A stretch of 64,000 nt of DNA. It comes from Zootoca vivipara. Lineage: Eukaryota. Position numbers and translations under genes: made by a program. Where the stretch lies: contig NC_083291.1 in the NCBI RefSeq assembly GCF_963506605.1, positions 36,332,001-36,396,000 of the forward strand. The letters run 5' to 3'. Numbering within the stretch: the first letter of the stretch is position 1; the number at the start of each line of letters is the position of its first letter. The notes below the pieces were generated by a model, which saw only the letters and a program-made list of their open reading frames with translations, ran no database searches and had not been told where the DNA came from. Shown piece after piece: positions 35,568 through 49,390 of this stretch.

Positions 35568-36412
35568 TATTCGGGTTGAGTTTTACCAAAAAGTATACCC
35601 ATTGATAACAAAGTTTGCCCTTTAATTTCAGTAAGTTTTCTCTGAGTAAACTTTGTTGGATACCACTCCTTGTTTGACTACATCACAGAGGAATATCTGT
35701 AACAGTGGGCAATCTGTCTTAATAGGGCAGGTTATCTGCTGTTGCCAATATTTCCACTCAGGTAGCTAAGAAAAGGGTCCCAAAGCAGTGTGTGAAAACC
35801 ACTGAGCTAACGTGTAGGTGGGGCTCTATGCCATGAGCTCATGGGAGTTAAGACACCACCACCTTTCCTTCCAAATTTGTGACTTGCAGAAAATACCAGA
35901 CTTTGATTTTTAAAAATAAGAGAAAAACATGTTTTAGCATTGACAATATGCCTGAATATATTTGGGGAGAGGGGAGTTTACCTACTAAAATCTCAGAAGT
36001 TGCTATCTCATCGTGGGCCCAGGACTTGAAGTGCTTTGCACGCCTTCTTGCTTTTCCCTGTGGCTAGCAAAACTAGATCAAGTCATGCAGTGTAAACATT
36101 CATTGCACAATTGAAATAAGTGCATATGCAAATTTGCTTCTTTTGCATTGTGTGTCCTAGATATAGAATGCAGCTGTTTTGCACAGACTGTGCAAGGGTA
36201 CACAGACCTTTGCATAGGCCGTATTTTCATAGCCAACCTGCTTTTTGTCACATATACATCAAGGCTTGTTTTGTGATAAATCTCAGGGAACTATTGTGAG
36301 ACACTGAAAAGGGCTGGGGCAACAAATACATGGGCTTCAGAACAGTCAATACTTCATTGGAAGGGATTCTTGTTGTGGCTTCTGGTGTCCTGTCCTTTCC
36401 TGCTGGAAGAGT

Positions 36413-36413
<1 letters not shown>

Positions 36414-36463
<50 letters not shown>
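36414..36463. repeat. (CTG/CAG)16 trinucleotide repeat
   Basis: Uninterrupted 50-nt tract. Confidence 0.98.
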
Positions 36464-36641
36464 AGCACTTACTGATCTTGGTGGTGCCTGAGGTAGTGCC
36501 TCCTGCTTCACTGCTTTTTCTGTTCTTTATTTCTTTATAATTTACTGGAGCTACCACAAGCCTGGTTCCTTGGTTGGGTACGGTTTTGAGGCAGATACAA
36601 GAGAGTTTCCACTGTTGGCTTTTTAAGCCATTTATATACAC

Positions 36642-36777
36642 CAGGCATCCCCAAACTTCGGCCCTCCAGATGTTTTGGAATACAATCCCCATCATCCCTG
36701 ACCACTGGTCTGCTTAGCTAGGGATCATGGGAGTTGTAGGCCAAAACATCTGGAGGGCTGCAGTTTGGGGGTGCCTG
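36642..36777. mobile_element. hAT MITE (about 136-bp family)
   Basis: TIRs; TSD ATATACAC. Confidence 0.92.
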
Positions 36778-39700
36778 ATATACACCCTTCATAAACACGT
36801 ATGCCAGTATGATTTTCAGTACAATTTAACATCTTAGCGACAATGAAAATACACAATAAGACATTAAAAATCAAGAGTAATTAAATGACAGTGGAAAAAA
36901 TAAAATTGGCAGTAGTTTCAAAATATGGACTGTTTTAGTAGGCAAGCTCCACCAATGGTATTTTGGCATCTTAATGAGTGGGAGACAGCTTTCTGACCAC
37001 AGTAAACTGGTTTCTTTGCTTTGTTTAGATGGGGCAGAAAGCAAACTCCACAAAGCGAAAAGTCTTGAGTGGGGTGGTTGGTTGATTGGTTGTGTTTCAA
37101 AGAAAGTATTTTTGAATCTGAAATTATAGTACTGTAAAACCATTCCCATAAAATAAAACCTGGGGTGTGGGTGGGTGTGACAGACACCTTGTAGGTATTT
37201 TGATGGGAATGGTAAGCACACATTGCCATGACTTTAAAATCTTAGGAAATCACTCTGGACTTGTTTGATGATACTGTAGATGAAAACTAATGGGTGTCTG
37301 CCACTTTACCTGCATCTGATGAAACCAGATTTAAATACATCTTGTTTTAGTCGTAGTGAGAGGAGCTAATGGTACAAGAGTCGAGAACATTCTATAAATT
37401 GCTGCATCAAGTGTAGGATTGTTGATAATGCTTATAGATTATCAAACTTGTGCAATCCTCGTGTAGCCAGGTTGTTTCAGTGGCCCATTGGCTTAGTTAG
37501 GCAATGGTTTCTTGTGGTTGCTTTTAAAACCATGGTGATCCCAACCTTTTGCTCCGATCCCGTTTTGTGAGTAGAGGATAAAAATACCCTGTCTTCAAGA
37601 AGGAAGATGGAATGCCTGTAAAATATTTAATGTGGATTAAACCCAAGACACCGGAATTCAGAAGGCAAGGATCCATTGACAAGATAGTCATGGTATTGAG
37701 CCAGAATTGTAACATGGCTTTATTTGGCAGGTGGAAGGGGCACCCCTGGATCCGGAAGTGAGTTTACCTCAAGGCTGGAGTTGAGAAAAGACTTTCCCTT
37801 TGGGTACCTCTCTGGAGCTCCTGTCTTGTGCGTATATTAATGTGGTCATTCTAAAATATGAGGGGCAAACCTTCCAATAAAATGAAGTTAGGCTGTGGGG
37901 GGGTGGGATGAGTACTAATAAAGTAATGCAAGTACACTTGCACACAGACACATCAACAGTGGCATCTGCACCATCTTAAAAGTGCTCCCCCCCCATCAAA
38001 ACTAGTCAAATTTTTACTCAGTTTTTATTAAAACTTAACTCCATGAGGAGTAAAAACCAGTGTTTTCCCCTTGTCCCCACATCGGCATCTTCCATCCAGT
38101 GAGAGAGCATTCTCTGTAAATTGCTGCTTGAGTTGGTCCATGAGTGTTCATTGAGAATGCCTAGAATGTCTTGTGACTCGTGCAGTTTTTGTGTGTTGAG
38201 GTTATTTTGGTGGCCCCTCCAGTCTTGGGCACTGGCTTCTTGTGGGTGCAGCCTACTTAAGAGCAGGACAGTTTACCCATCTCTGCTCCTTGTGTATAAA
38301 GTTTCCTCTCCCTACTGCTTTTCATTGTGCAGCCAAAATAGTGCAACTTCTGTCAAATCTTTTAGAGCCTCCTTCATTTTGGCTCGTAAGCTGGAAGCAG
38401 GAACGCTGCTACTGCTTGATAGCATTACTCTCCCATTCCTCTCGCCAACGGCCAGGATGGGAAGCTCATTTTCCTTCCGAGCCCAAGAGCTGAACACACT
38501 TCTTAGCTGTAGTTTGTTAGAAAGCTGCAGAACCTGATCCACGTACACATGAAAGGCCTGGGTGACGCCAGAAAATGAATGGGGCATAGTTACCTCATCC
38601 CCATCCTGTTCTAGAGCTTTGGGTCTCTGGCTAAGAGTAGGCTGTAACAAGATTTGTCTCCTCTCTTGTCCTAAGTGGCCACCACTCCATTTAAAATTCA
38701 ACCCACTGACCTCAGGACCTTAAACTGCTGGGGTTTTCATGAGAGCACCCTCAGTTCTTGTTGAGTTTAGTTTTGAATTTCTTGTTGGTGTTTCTAGCCC
38801 TCCCCTAAGTGTGTGGGGGGTGTAGTGTTGCTGAGAGCACCCTTTAATTCTCTACTGTGGGAGCTTGCTTTTGGCCCTCACGAAGTGATTTTGTGGCCTA
38901 GCACTTTTGCTTGATTTATGGTGTTTTCTTGTACTTTAGTGTATATTTTGTGTTTAAAGAGTACACCACTTCAAGGCTCCTCTAGGATGAAAAGCAGTAT
39001 ATAAATATACGATAACAATGGGATCAGGACAGGCATGGAGAGGAACTTAATCCTTTCCTCCCCTTCTGTGGTCCGGGGGGGGGGGATTCCTCTTCTGAAG
39101 AGGAAGTCTCATCTGTTGGTGCTGAGGAAATCCTTCCCCCACCCCAAATGCAAATCGCATCTTTGGAGAAGGGATTTTCCTCAGGATGAGTAGAAATGAA
39201 TGAGAAAAGGGGTTACATTCCCTCTCTGATCCCACCAGCTGATTCAATATCCATTTTTGTAAAAAAAGATGCTGGTTAAATGCTAAGGTGCATTTGTCCT
39301 GAGACTAGGTTGTGAATTTTTAAAATCTTCACGCTTAGAAGGCTTCCAAAAGCTGTAAAGCGTCGATAAATAAATTATTTTCCTTTCTTTTCTTTTAAAA
39401 AGGCACATGCCCTGTTGCAGACCAGCTTAGATTTTCCTGTTGGAAGTCAGTTATGTGGTGCACACATTTAATTGAAGTGGAGCACACAATGCAGTTGCAA
39501 TTGGAATTTCAGCTCAGGGATGGGGAGATAAGGAAGGCTCCTTACTCTTCGGAGGAACAGAATCCTGCTGGATGTCTCTTTGTAGCTTTGGTATCCCTCT
39601 GCATTGCACAGTGGCACTTGAGAACTCTCCGCTGACAGGCTAACTCAGAAACTGATGCTGTTCCTACACCTTCAACCACTGATGGTGCCCCACCTCAAAG

Positions 39701-40423
39701 CAGCCTGGAAGAAAGTCCTCCCTTAAATCATTAGTAGGGTGGCAGAAAGGTAAAGAGCCTGACTGAGTTCTGCTGTGAAGGGACGGGGCAATGCAAGGTG
39801 GGTGTAATTGCGTGTGTGGTCTTCCCCTCCCCCCAGGAGGCGATCTGTTCCAGAGGTGAGTAGATGTTTGAAGACCAAAAGTATTGTGCTTCCTTTCTTT
39901 GTCTTTCAGAGTGAGCCAGTGAGAGATCCTGAGAAGGACTGCCGCTACCACGCAAGTCCTGAAGAAGCAGCCTTAGCAAATGCTGCTTTTCAGAGAAAAG
40001 GCAGGCTGTATTAGTGCTTAGAATCAGATGAAATACTGGGGAGCATTGAAGGAAGGTGCCCTTTACCTTCATGCCCTAACTTTCCTTTTTGTCCCCTGTT
40101 CCCCCACCCCGTCATTCCAGGGGCAATTTGGCAAGCAGGGTTGTGAAGCCCCATCAAAGTAGCGGGGACTTACTCTTGGAGATTATGATTCTCAGCCAAA
40201 CCACTTAAAATCCTGGCGTGCCACTATCAGCGTAAGATGAAGTCTTCAAGCATTTTGCCAGAAATGTTATTTTTTTTTACAATAAACATCTTCCAGAAAT
40301 CATTAGGTACCTTGTTTTGAAGAATTTATTTTATATTGCTCAACTCAAGCAATATAAAGGTGCTGAAGCCTGTGGCAACATCTCAGCTCCAGAGGGTTTT
40401 GAACGATCTGGATTATTCTATTC

Positions 40424-40720
40424 CAGGCACGTCCAACAGGTAGATCGTGATCTACCGGTAGATCACTGGACGTCTGTGGTAGATCACTGGCTCCCCCCAA
40501 AGAAGCTCAACAACTTTGGCTCCCCTAAAAAACGCTCAACATTTTAGCCATTCACCCCCAAAAAACAGGGCTCAACAACTCTGACCTGAACCCCTAAAAA
40601 TGGGCCTTCCTAAAAAAAAATCTCAACAACTTTGATCTGAACTCCCCAAGAGGGGGTAGATCACTGCCAGTTTTTAATTCTGTGAGTAGATCACAATCTC
40701 TTCAGACTTTGCTACCCCTG
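40424..40720. mobile_element. hAT MITE with internal tandem repeats
   Basis: CAGG...CCTG ends, GTAGATC subterminal repeats, four CTCAACAAC-like units; degenerate TSD TTCTATTC/TTCCAATC. Confidence 0.7.
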
Positions 40721-42822
40721 TTCCAATCTGGCTACTAGCCCAAATCTAGGACCAAGACATCCTCCAACCCTCAGATAATCTACACCAGGGACTAGTAGGG
40801 TGGGGCGAGTCTATCCCTGTTCAGTCTGGTTATTATCCTCAACCATAGTATCCTTCCACAACGCCTGGCTGGGGAGAGTAGACCCTTTTGTGGCAGAAGT
40901 CTATCTAGATGTGAAATGGGATATTTGCAATTAGGATACCCTGTGGCTTTAAAAAAAAGCAGAGTGGTATTTCCTAAAATTTATGCATGATGATGATGAT
41001 AATAATTTTTTATTATTTTACTATTTATACCCCACCCATCTTGCTGGGTTTCCCCAGCCACTTTGGGTGGCTTACAGCACATATAAAACATAGTAAAATA
41101 TCAAACATTTTAAAAAGGGGGAACCATCTAAGCAGTTTACAAAAAAGCAAGAAAATCAATTTTAAAATTACAACAACAATATAAATCAGGTTAAAATACT
41201 AGGATACATTATAGACTAGTTTGAGCATTCTGTGTCACTCAACAATTAGATCTAAGGAACCAAATAATGACTCCTTATTTCTACCTGATTATTTCAGGTA
41301 TCTTTGATATGCATGGAGTCAGATTGAAATCAACAGGCAGAAAACTAGGTCTTGGGTTAGAAATAGATACCTTACCTTCTGCCTCACTAGCAAGTTCCTG
41401 ATCTGGATTGGGGGCTCCCACCTCCAATCTACAGTTTTTCTATTTATTTTTTATAGAACTAATTGTGGAAGGGTTGTATTGTTTACTTTTGCCTCCTAAA
41501 TGTTTCCTGTCAGCAAGAAACTGGTGAAGAGCAAATTGAGGTAGTTTAGATTCAGTCAAGATAGCTTTTTTCCAACTGAAAACAGCAATCTAACTGCCCT
41601 AACTGAAACAGCAATCTAAAACACTATATTTTTTGTGTCACAAGGGAGCTTAGAGTTGGCAACTTGACCAGGAAGAAAATGAATTCTCTGGAACCAGAAA
41701 CGTTTAAAAAAAAAATTTAGAAGTAGGGCGTGCCTGAAAGATGCCAACTCCATTTCCTGTTGAGAAGCAGTGTCAATAGTCTTATATTTCCTCATAGGAA
41801 AAAAAATTCTGAAGATCTGAAGAGCTCAGAATTTTTTTTATTATTTTAACTGCTTTTGCAAATTGTGCAGTTCCTTTGATAGCAATACATTTTTTCAGTA
41901 TTGTGCATTTGACTTGTGCTCAGAGATACTCTTGTCAAAGGTACAGCCCCTATTTTCTGGTACTTGTTGCTGGTAATTACTGTGCCCCCCACTTTTTTTG
42001 CCTTTTGGGAATGTCCTATTAAATTTTTGTTGAGTGGTGACATTCTCAAGGTTTCAGCTTCTTTCAAGAACACACAATTCTCTTGAGAAGAGGGGCAGCT
42101 GCAACTTTTTAAATGCACAAGCAACTAAAAGCACAGATGTTAAACTGCAAGGTGCTGTGTACTGCACAACTGGCCATTTCACACTGCTAGAAGTGTTGCT
42201 TCAAAAAATAGAGAACAGGCTCTTTTTCTACTATTACTTGTACCAAGAGAACAATTGCCCCCTTACAGCAGCCGCAGAAAGGAGGGGAGTTGAGGGAGGC
42301 ATTTTAAATGAGAAATTATATTCTAGAGTTCAACTCTGCTGTAGAGACACAAAGTTCCAAAGTCTGGGAGCAGCCACCAAGAAGGCCCTGTCCCATGGCC
42401 CTGCCAGTTGTGAGGGTGGTGGGACCTAAAGAGGGCCCTCCCCCAAAGATCTCAGAACAAAGATCTCAGAACCTGGCCGGGTTCATAGGAGGTAATAGTA
42501 TCTTGAAGGTGTAGATTGAATGCAGATGGGGAAGGACAGCACTGGTCAGTCCAGCCCCAAGCTGCAGGGGTTAAACTGACCACCTGTGTAATCTTTACAT
42601 AGGGACAAGCTTTATGCATGTAGGCTGTGTACAAGGGCTTGGGAGCTGTGCACAAAAACATGAACATACACAGATTCAGATGTGTATACAGGGGCTTGTC
42701 ATCTCTACCTCCCCCCTTCCGGGCACATGCCCCCCCCCCCGGGACACCCCTGCAGCTATCAGCTCATGTGGTGTTAACCTCTTTGCCTCATTCCTAAAGA
42801 TTTATTCCCCTTTTATGAATTC

Positions 42823-43280
42823 ACAGTCGTGCCTCGGAAGTCGAACGGAGTCCATTACCGAAGTCCGTTAGACTTCCAAAACTTTTTGAAACCAAGGTGC
42901 GTCTTCCAATTGGCTGCAGGAAGCTCCTGCAGCCAATCGGAAGCAGCATCAGACGTTCGGGTTCCAAAGAATGTTCACAAACCGGAACACTCCCAGGTTT
43001 GCGGCATTCGGGAGCCAAAACATTTGACTCGCAAGGCATTTGACTTACACCAGGGGTCGGCAAGGCTTACCAGGCATGGGCTGGATTACTCTGTGCATGT
43101 CTGTGGTGCTGAAAATGGCTTCTGCGCAGGCGCAATTTTCAGTGTCTGGGCATGCGCATAAGTGATTTCCGGAGCCGCAGAAGAGTGTCCCCGTGCTGCA
43201 CTGCGCCGGTTTAGAGCAGCGTGCAGGGACTTGCCGAGCGGGTGGCTTGGTTCAGGGGCGGCTCGTGGGCCCGTTAAACG
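42823..43280. mobile_element. Truncated Tigger-like MITE followed by a hAT MITE fragment
   Basis: CAGTCGTGCCTCGG start; CAGGGGTCGGCAA start at about 43052; second ends not found. Confidence 0.55.
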
Positions 43281-43486
43281 GAGTGCTCCTCTTCAGGGTT
43301 CCAGCCACCAGCAGCTTCTGTGGTGCTCCATTCCCCCTTTCCTTTGCTCAAGTCAGTCCATATTGAGCTGCTTCTGGGTTTTCCCTTTTGAGATTCCTCC
43401 CTCCCGTAATAATTTGGGGAACCTTGGGGTTCCTGTAAGCCTTGCTGCTATTTCCCTCTTCTGTGGGGAGGGGCAGTTTTGTCTGG

Positions 43487-43821
43487 GTAAAGGTAAAGGG
43501 ACCCCTGACCATTAGGTCCAGTCGTGACCGACTCTGGGGTTGCGGCGCTCATCTCGCATTATTGGCCGAGGGAGCCGGCGTACAGCTTCCAGGTCATGTG
43601 GGCAGCATGACTAAGCCGCTTCTGGTGAACCAGAGCAGCACATGGAAACGCTGTTTACCTTCCCACTGTGGCGGTACCTATTTATCTACTTGCACTTTGA
43701 CGTGCTTTCGAACTGCTAGGTTGGCAGGAGCTGGGATTGAGGAAAGGGAGCTCACCCCCCCCCCCCGTCGCAGGGATTCGAACTGCCTCCCTTCTGATCA
43801 GCAAGCCCTAGGCTCTGTGGT
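43487..43821 (-). mobile_element. Sauria SINE, slightly 5'-truncated
   Basis: Same family sequence. Confidence 0.9.
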
Positions 43822-44235
43822 TTTTCCACAATTGGAAAAATGTGTTTGCTGCTTTGCACAGCAGGAGTGCGAACAATGTTTCTGAGTTCAAGAACAGGAA
43901 CCTATAGTAAGAGGAGCTTTATTTAGAGGAGCCTCTTAAGACCTGCTGCTAAAACTGAAAGGCCTAAGGAGCTGGCTCAAGTTGTGCGATTCCAGGGCAA
44001 GTCCTCAGGCTGCCCCTTCCAGAGCATTAAAGGGGGACCAACAAATCGCAAAAACTCATTGCCCTCTGGGCAGTCTGCAGCTCACATTCCCTGCTGCTGC
44101 CTCCCCTGAGTGCTTTTCACCTGGATGGAATGTAGCTTGAAACACAAAAATAAAAGCCAGTTTTGTTTCTCTGCCAACTTTTGGCTTTGCGCCTGTCCAC
44201 TACTGGCATTTGGCCCCCAGAAGGTTGCCCAAGAG

Positions 44236-44371
44236 CAGGCATCCCCAAACTGCGGCCCTCCAGATGTTTTGGCCTACAACTCCCATGATCCCTAGCTAAC
44301 AGGACCAGTGGTCAGGGATGATGGGAATTGTAGTCCAGAACATCTAGAGGGCCGAAGTTTGGGGATGCCTG
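44236..44371. mobile_element. hAT MITE (about 136-bp family)
   Basis: TIRs; TSD CCCAAGAG. Confidence 0.92.
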
Positions 44372-45199
44372 CCCAAGAGAGAGAATGCAGCCCTCCAGCT
44401 TTAAAAGTGTCCCTGCCTCTGGTATAGAAGTTTGTGCATACTCTGCCTCCCCCTTGTGGCAATACCTTGCCATTGCAATGCAGCCAAAAGCACATCTTTT
44501 GTCCCCAAAGCCTCCTTTTGGATGGAAATGAAATGCACCCCACAACATGGTGGCCTCTGCAATGAGGTTCTGGCCCACAAAACAGCCTCAGTGAGGGACT
44601 GTTAAGAGTTTGCTTTGGAGTTGCTGAAGATGCATCTCTACATGGTCTTTGACCCCCGAGACATGTTTTAGGATTCTCCCTATTTTGACTATTTTGTTTT
44701 AATACAGTATTTTTAAATTGCTGTAACCCAACCTGGGGCTTTGTGGTCAAGATCACCAGAAATAGAATTTTTTAAAAATGAAGATGATGATGCCTAGTGG
44801 TGCACTTATAAACCTGCTAACACATTTGCAAAACTAAGCAAGGTCCAGTGTGGTTTCAAATGGGATGGGAAACTGTATGCAGATTTCTACATTGTAGGGC
44901 AGAGCTTTCCAAACTTTTCATGTTGGTGAAACGCTTTTTAGACATGCATCATTTGGCAACACAGTAATTTAGTTTTACTAGCAAACCAGAGGTTAAAACT
45001 GACCCTTTTCCAGCCCTTTGAGGAGAGTGGGGAGTGCTTGCGCAACACACACACAAACTGCAGCCGACACTAATGTGTCATGGCACAGTTTTCTATGATG
45101 CAAACCAACCACAAGCCTTTCTATTTCTAAAATGGAAATGCAACAATTTTTCTTGATGTTCTTTTTATCTTTTTGTAAACCACTTTGAAAAAAATAAAT

Positions 45200-45820
45200 A
45201 GGGTCTCAGCTGGCATACTAAACAGAGCTGATAGGCAGCCACCCTGGACACAGAATTGACTTGTACCTCCATGGACAGCTGAGAGTCCAAAATGACTCCC
45301 AGACTGCGCACCTGGTCCTTCCGGGGCACAGTTACCCCATTCAGGATCAGGGATTCCTCACACCTGCCCCGCCCCCCCCCAAAAAAACAATGTTTCTGTC
45401 TTGTCAGGACTCAACCTCAATCCATTAACTGCCATCCATCTTCCAACCACCTCCAGACACACAGGACGCTCACCACCTTTACTGGTTCCAATTTTTAAAA
45501 AGGTAGAGCTGGGTATCATCCACATACTTATCCCAAACCCCGATGATCTGTCCCAGAGGCTTCATATAGATGTTAAAAAACATGGAGAGGACAGAGCCCT
45601 GAGGCACCCCACAAGTGACTTCCCAGAGGTCTGAACACTCGCCCCCACAACACTACTTTTCTGGATACAGCCCAGGAGGAGGGATAAGAATCACTGGTAT
45701 GGTACCAAAGGCTACTGAGAAATCCAGCAGGACTAGGAGGCAGCTTTCACCTCTTTCCATAGCCTGCTGCAGATCATAAACCAGTGCAAAACCAAGGCAG
45801 TTTCAGTCCTGCGATGGGGC
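45200..45820 (-). mobile_element. L2 LINE RT fragment
   Basis: Minus-strand remnants of RT motifs (ETALV, GVPQGSVLSP, VRSLGVILDSQL). Confidence 0.75.
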
Positions 45821-47418
45821 AATAAAGACAGAGGTTAAATCATTAATTTAGGACAACACAAATGGGATACAAATAGGTCAGTTTTGAAGGGAAAGTTAAG
45901 GGTGTAGAGATAGGAGGAGAAATTCTCAAAGCCTTTCAGAGCTTGTCAAATTGCTTTTATTTTTATGCCTGCCTTCTCCCATCAGTACAGCAGGAACCTC
46001 TCCATCTTTCACTTAGAGGCAGAGAATGAATTTCACTTCATATGTAAACTCAACGTTCATCGTTATACCACCTTATTTCTATGCCTTCCCATATCTCCCT
46101 CCTCTGGAGGCAAGATTCAGAAGCCATATTGCAGAACTCAAACACATCCTATTCCAGCAGAGAAAAGACATTTGGATGGAAAGGTGGAAGCTTTTCTCAG
46201 GATTTCTGGGCTCCAAGAACCAGACACAATTCCAACTCCTCGAGATCGTGGACCCGCAAAGCTGTATTCTGTTTCAAGCTTTTCCTGCATAATGAAGTTG
46301 TATGTCACATTTAGCATATGGCTTACCAGAGAAATGTTGAGCATTTCAAACCAGAGCTACAATAAACCAACTCTTCTTTTACCTAAACATGGAATCAGAT
46401 GCTACTTTAGAACACTTCCCACTTCATGTACCACATACTGTGGTTGAAGAACAGACAACCAGTGCTTCAAAATGATTTTTTTATTTACCAGTTGGTACCT
46501 GCTTTCTCTCACACACACATACATTAAAAATGGAAATAATTCATAATGTAGGTGGAATCTGCTTAGGCTTAAGTTCTATTGTTGAAACATTGTAAAATGC
46601 AAAAAATAAAATAAAATAAATGGAAACAATTCCAGTAGTAACAGACCATATTTTTTGGACAAGATATGAAAATGATAAAGCAACCCCAAACCCAATTCAA
46701 TACTTTTTGGGAAAATAACATTTTTAGCCTCACAGTATTCATGGGGTCTGTACGTTTATTGCTGTTTTAGCCCCAGATGTTGGTTTCAAATATCCGCTGC
46801 ATATTGACTTAACAGTATTATCACCTTACTGTCACCAAAATACGTAGAGTCCCCATTTGACGCTTCTCATTCCAAAGTATCTTGGATGATCAGCGGCAGA
46901 GAACTGAAATGTCTATAAAATCCACAAAGGCGGAGCTTGGCCTGTTCCTTTATTCCCCCTTGATTTCTGAATGAAGACCAAGGTTCCTATTAGCAACTGG
47001 ACTCTAGCTAGTTTCAGCTCCCCTCCCCAACAGCATCATCCGATCTAGAACAGCGCACTCTTCCGCTGGATCAACTTCGGAACTTGATTCAGGACTGGGC
47101 AAGGTGGGACAGCCAGTGCCAATCTCAAGTCACCAAGAGGACCACCAAAAGGGCAAACCTTTGCCAAATCCCCACAGGGGAAAGCTTTAATGCTGCTCAG
47201 GCAAAGCCAGACAGCTCCCTTAAAGAGAGGCTTCGTACAGCAGAAAGATCAACAAGTTTTACATCCACAGCGTATGTATAAAATGTGCGGTGCACCTTTC
47301 AACAACAACGAATGAACTTTCCCTGCCTGCTTTGGTAGGTTTAAGAATAGACTGAGTCTGCTTGGCTTAGCAGCTAAACCAGGATCAGCAGCAAGTCTGA
47401 CTTTCCAGAGGACAAGCA

Positions 47419-47757
47419 CTACTGTTGGATATTGAAGATCTTGGATAGCAGAGAGCTGTTTGACTGGGATTTCTGTTGGATCTCAGCAGCCCGGGCCAAC
47501 TGCTTCTTCAGGCGCTTGTTCCCTTTGCTGGTCTGGATTTCTTCCTCCGTCTGGCGCTGGACAAAGCCCCAGCTCTTCTCCTCCTGTCCTCCCCGACTGC
47601 CCTTTTCCGAAAAGCGCTTGCTCTTCTCCACATTCTGCAGGTAGAAATTGGTCTCGCGCTTGGCCAGTGAAACTTCGGCCCGCATGCGCTGCTGCCGCAC
47701 CTGACGCTCGTAGGCCAGTCGCTCACTCAGGTGAGTCCACTTGAAGCGGTGCAGATA
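47419..47757 (-). CDS. ABT1: ABT1 last coding exon
   Basis: ttttgtccccag| acceptor; YLHRFKW...KIFNIQQ* (TAG). Confidence 0.95.
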   Translation of the reverse strand, partial: YLHRFKWTHLSERLAYERQVRQQRMRAEVSLAKRETNFYLQNVEKSKRFSEKGSRGGQEEKSWGFVQRQTEEEIQTSKGNKRLKKQLARAAEIQQKSQSNSSLLSKIFNIQQ

Positions 47758-48661
47758 CTGGGGACAAAAGAGAAGGGAACTTAAGGCCAAAGGCCCACCG
47801 AGTCCAGCACCCTGCTTCTCACCGTGGCCAACCAGAAGCCCCTATGGGAAGCTTGAAAGAGGGATCTGAACCCAAGACCACGTCCTCCACTGGCCACTCT
47901 CAGCAACAGCATTTAAAGGCATGCTGCCTCCAGCAGCAGAGGTACAGCATCTTCTTAACACTTTCTAAAAGTGATACTTTATACGGTGCATAGAGTCCTG
48001 TGGTCTCTTTTCCTTCCCTTTATTAAAAACGTAGGCTTAAAAGATTTGACAATCGTGCAACCAGGAATGGCCAATGTCTGAATGATCAAGAAGCACCTCT
48101 GTTCTCCAGACATTAGTCCGGGGCACATCACGCAGCATTAAACATTGTAGTGATATGGAGAACTTTTACTTGGATGATCTGACATCCTTAAAAGGAGCTG
48201 GAATGGGAGCAGAGAAATGAATATACTCCCCCAAAAGGATCCCCTCATGACGTACATTTGGAAGCAGCCCATTGCTATTCCAGAATGTAGCTGATTTGCC
48301 AATGCAACGCTGTTCGCATATGAAAAGATACCCATATGGATTCATTGTTTCTTCTCCTTGGAAGTGAAATATTACTTTGAGGGTCAACTCTGGATTTGAC
48401 CATCCCTGTTTCCCCACCCCAGCTCACTGGGCTTTTGGGTGCAAGAAGCATTGTGATATTTGTGCCCGCTCATCCAAGCATAGTTTTGCAAAGCAGTTTG
48501 TTTTGCACCACATTAATGAATAGAAGGTGGATGAGAGAGAGGCTTTTGCAAACTCATGACTCCATCCAATGAGAGTGCGAGAGGGAGAGGGGAAGGCCCG
48601 GTAACTTCAGAAGGCCACTTTACACCTCATTCCTTCAACTGAGAGTTTTAAGTCACAAGAT

Positions 48662-49147
48662 CAGCGTTTCTCAACCGCTGTTCCGCGGCACACTAGTGTG
48701 CCGCGAGACACTGGCTGGTGTGCCGCGACGTGCGGCGACGAGAAGGGTGATTTGCATTGTCACGTGCCTGGCGGCCGCCAATATAAAAAAACTGACCCAC
48801 CGGAAAGGAAGCCGGCCGGGTCACGACGCGGGGCGAGCGCAGCTCTCAACAGCCACCACCACAGGAGGGTGGTTTTAGACAAACTTAAAGAAGCTGGCTG
48901 GATGAGCTCAACCTGAAACTTGCTGAGCAAAGGATTGTGCTGGCAGAGAAATCAGCGGCTTGTGAAGCCTTATTACAGGAGATTGCAACCAACACAGCAA
49001 TTGGCAAGTGTTTCTTACAGTCATAATTATATAGTCAATATAGGGCGGCACAGAGTTAATTTTTTTAATTTTTTTAATGGTGGTGTGCCTCGTGATTTTT
49101 TTCATGGAACAAGTGTGCTTTGGCCCAAAAAAGGTTGAGAAACACTG
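48662..49147. mobile_element. hAT MITE in ABT1 intron
   Basis: TIRs CAGCGTTTCTCAACC/GGTTGAGAAACACTG; TSD CACAAGAT. Confidence 0.9.
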
Positions 49148-49214
49148 CACAAGATCAACAAGATGCGAAGGGAGTAATCCTTATTTACTGGTGCAGCCCT
49201 CAGCACCCGCTTAC

Positions 49215-49390
49215 CTTCATATTCCAGAGGTCATAATGGAATCGGCTCCTCCTGCGGACACCCATGGGCGTATTGTGCAAACTGGCAGCTACCACCTTTG
49301 CCACACGCTTATCCCTGAATTCTACCCAGCCTTCAGTGAAGTTCTTGGCATTGCTACCCGCTTTCTTCTTTTTCTTTCGTATAAATCGCT
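49215..49390 (-). CDS. ABT1: ABT1 second coding exon
   Basis: ttcctgcag| acceptor, AAG|GTAAGC donor; 176 nt. Confidence 0.95.

Noticed and set aside
36248-36695. Poly-Gln and poly-Ala ORFs
   Set aside because: They result from translating the (CTG)16 microsatellite and a MITE; no gene context.
39856-39909. GT-AG pair forming a 54-nt intron
   Set aside because: Shorter than typical vertebrate introns; the acceptor more likely pairs with a distant donor.
40500-40650. Short spaced repeats resembling a CRISPR array
   Set aside because: Degenerate tandem units inside a hAT MITE in a vertebrate genome; no cas genes.
45965-46447. 160-aa ORF downstream of ABT1
   Set aside because: No recognisable domain or splice structure in any frame; may be decayed repeat.
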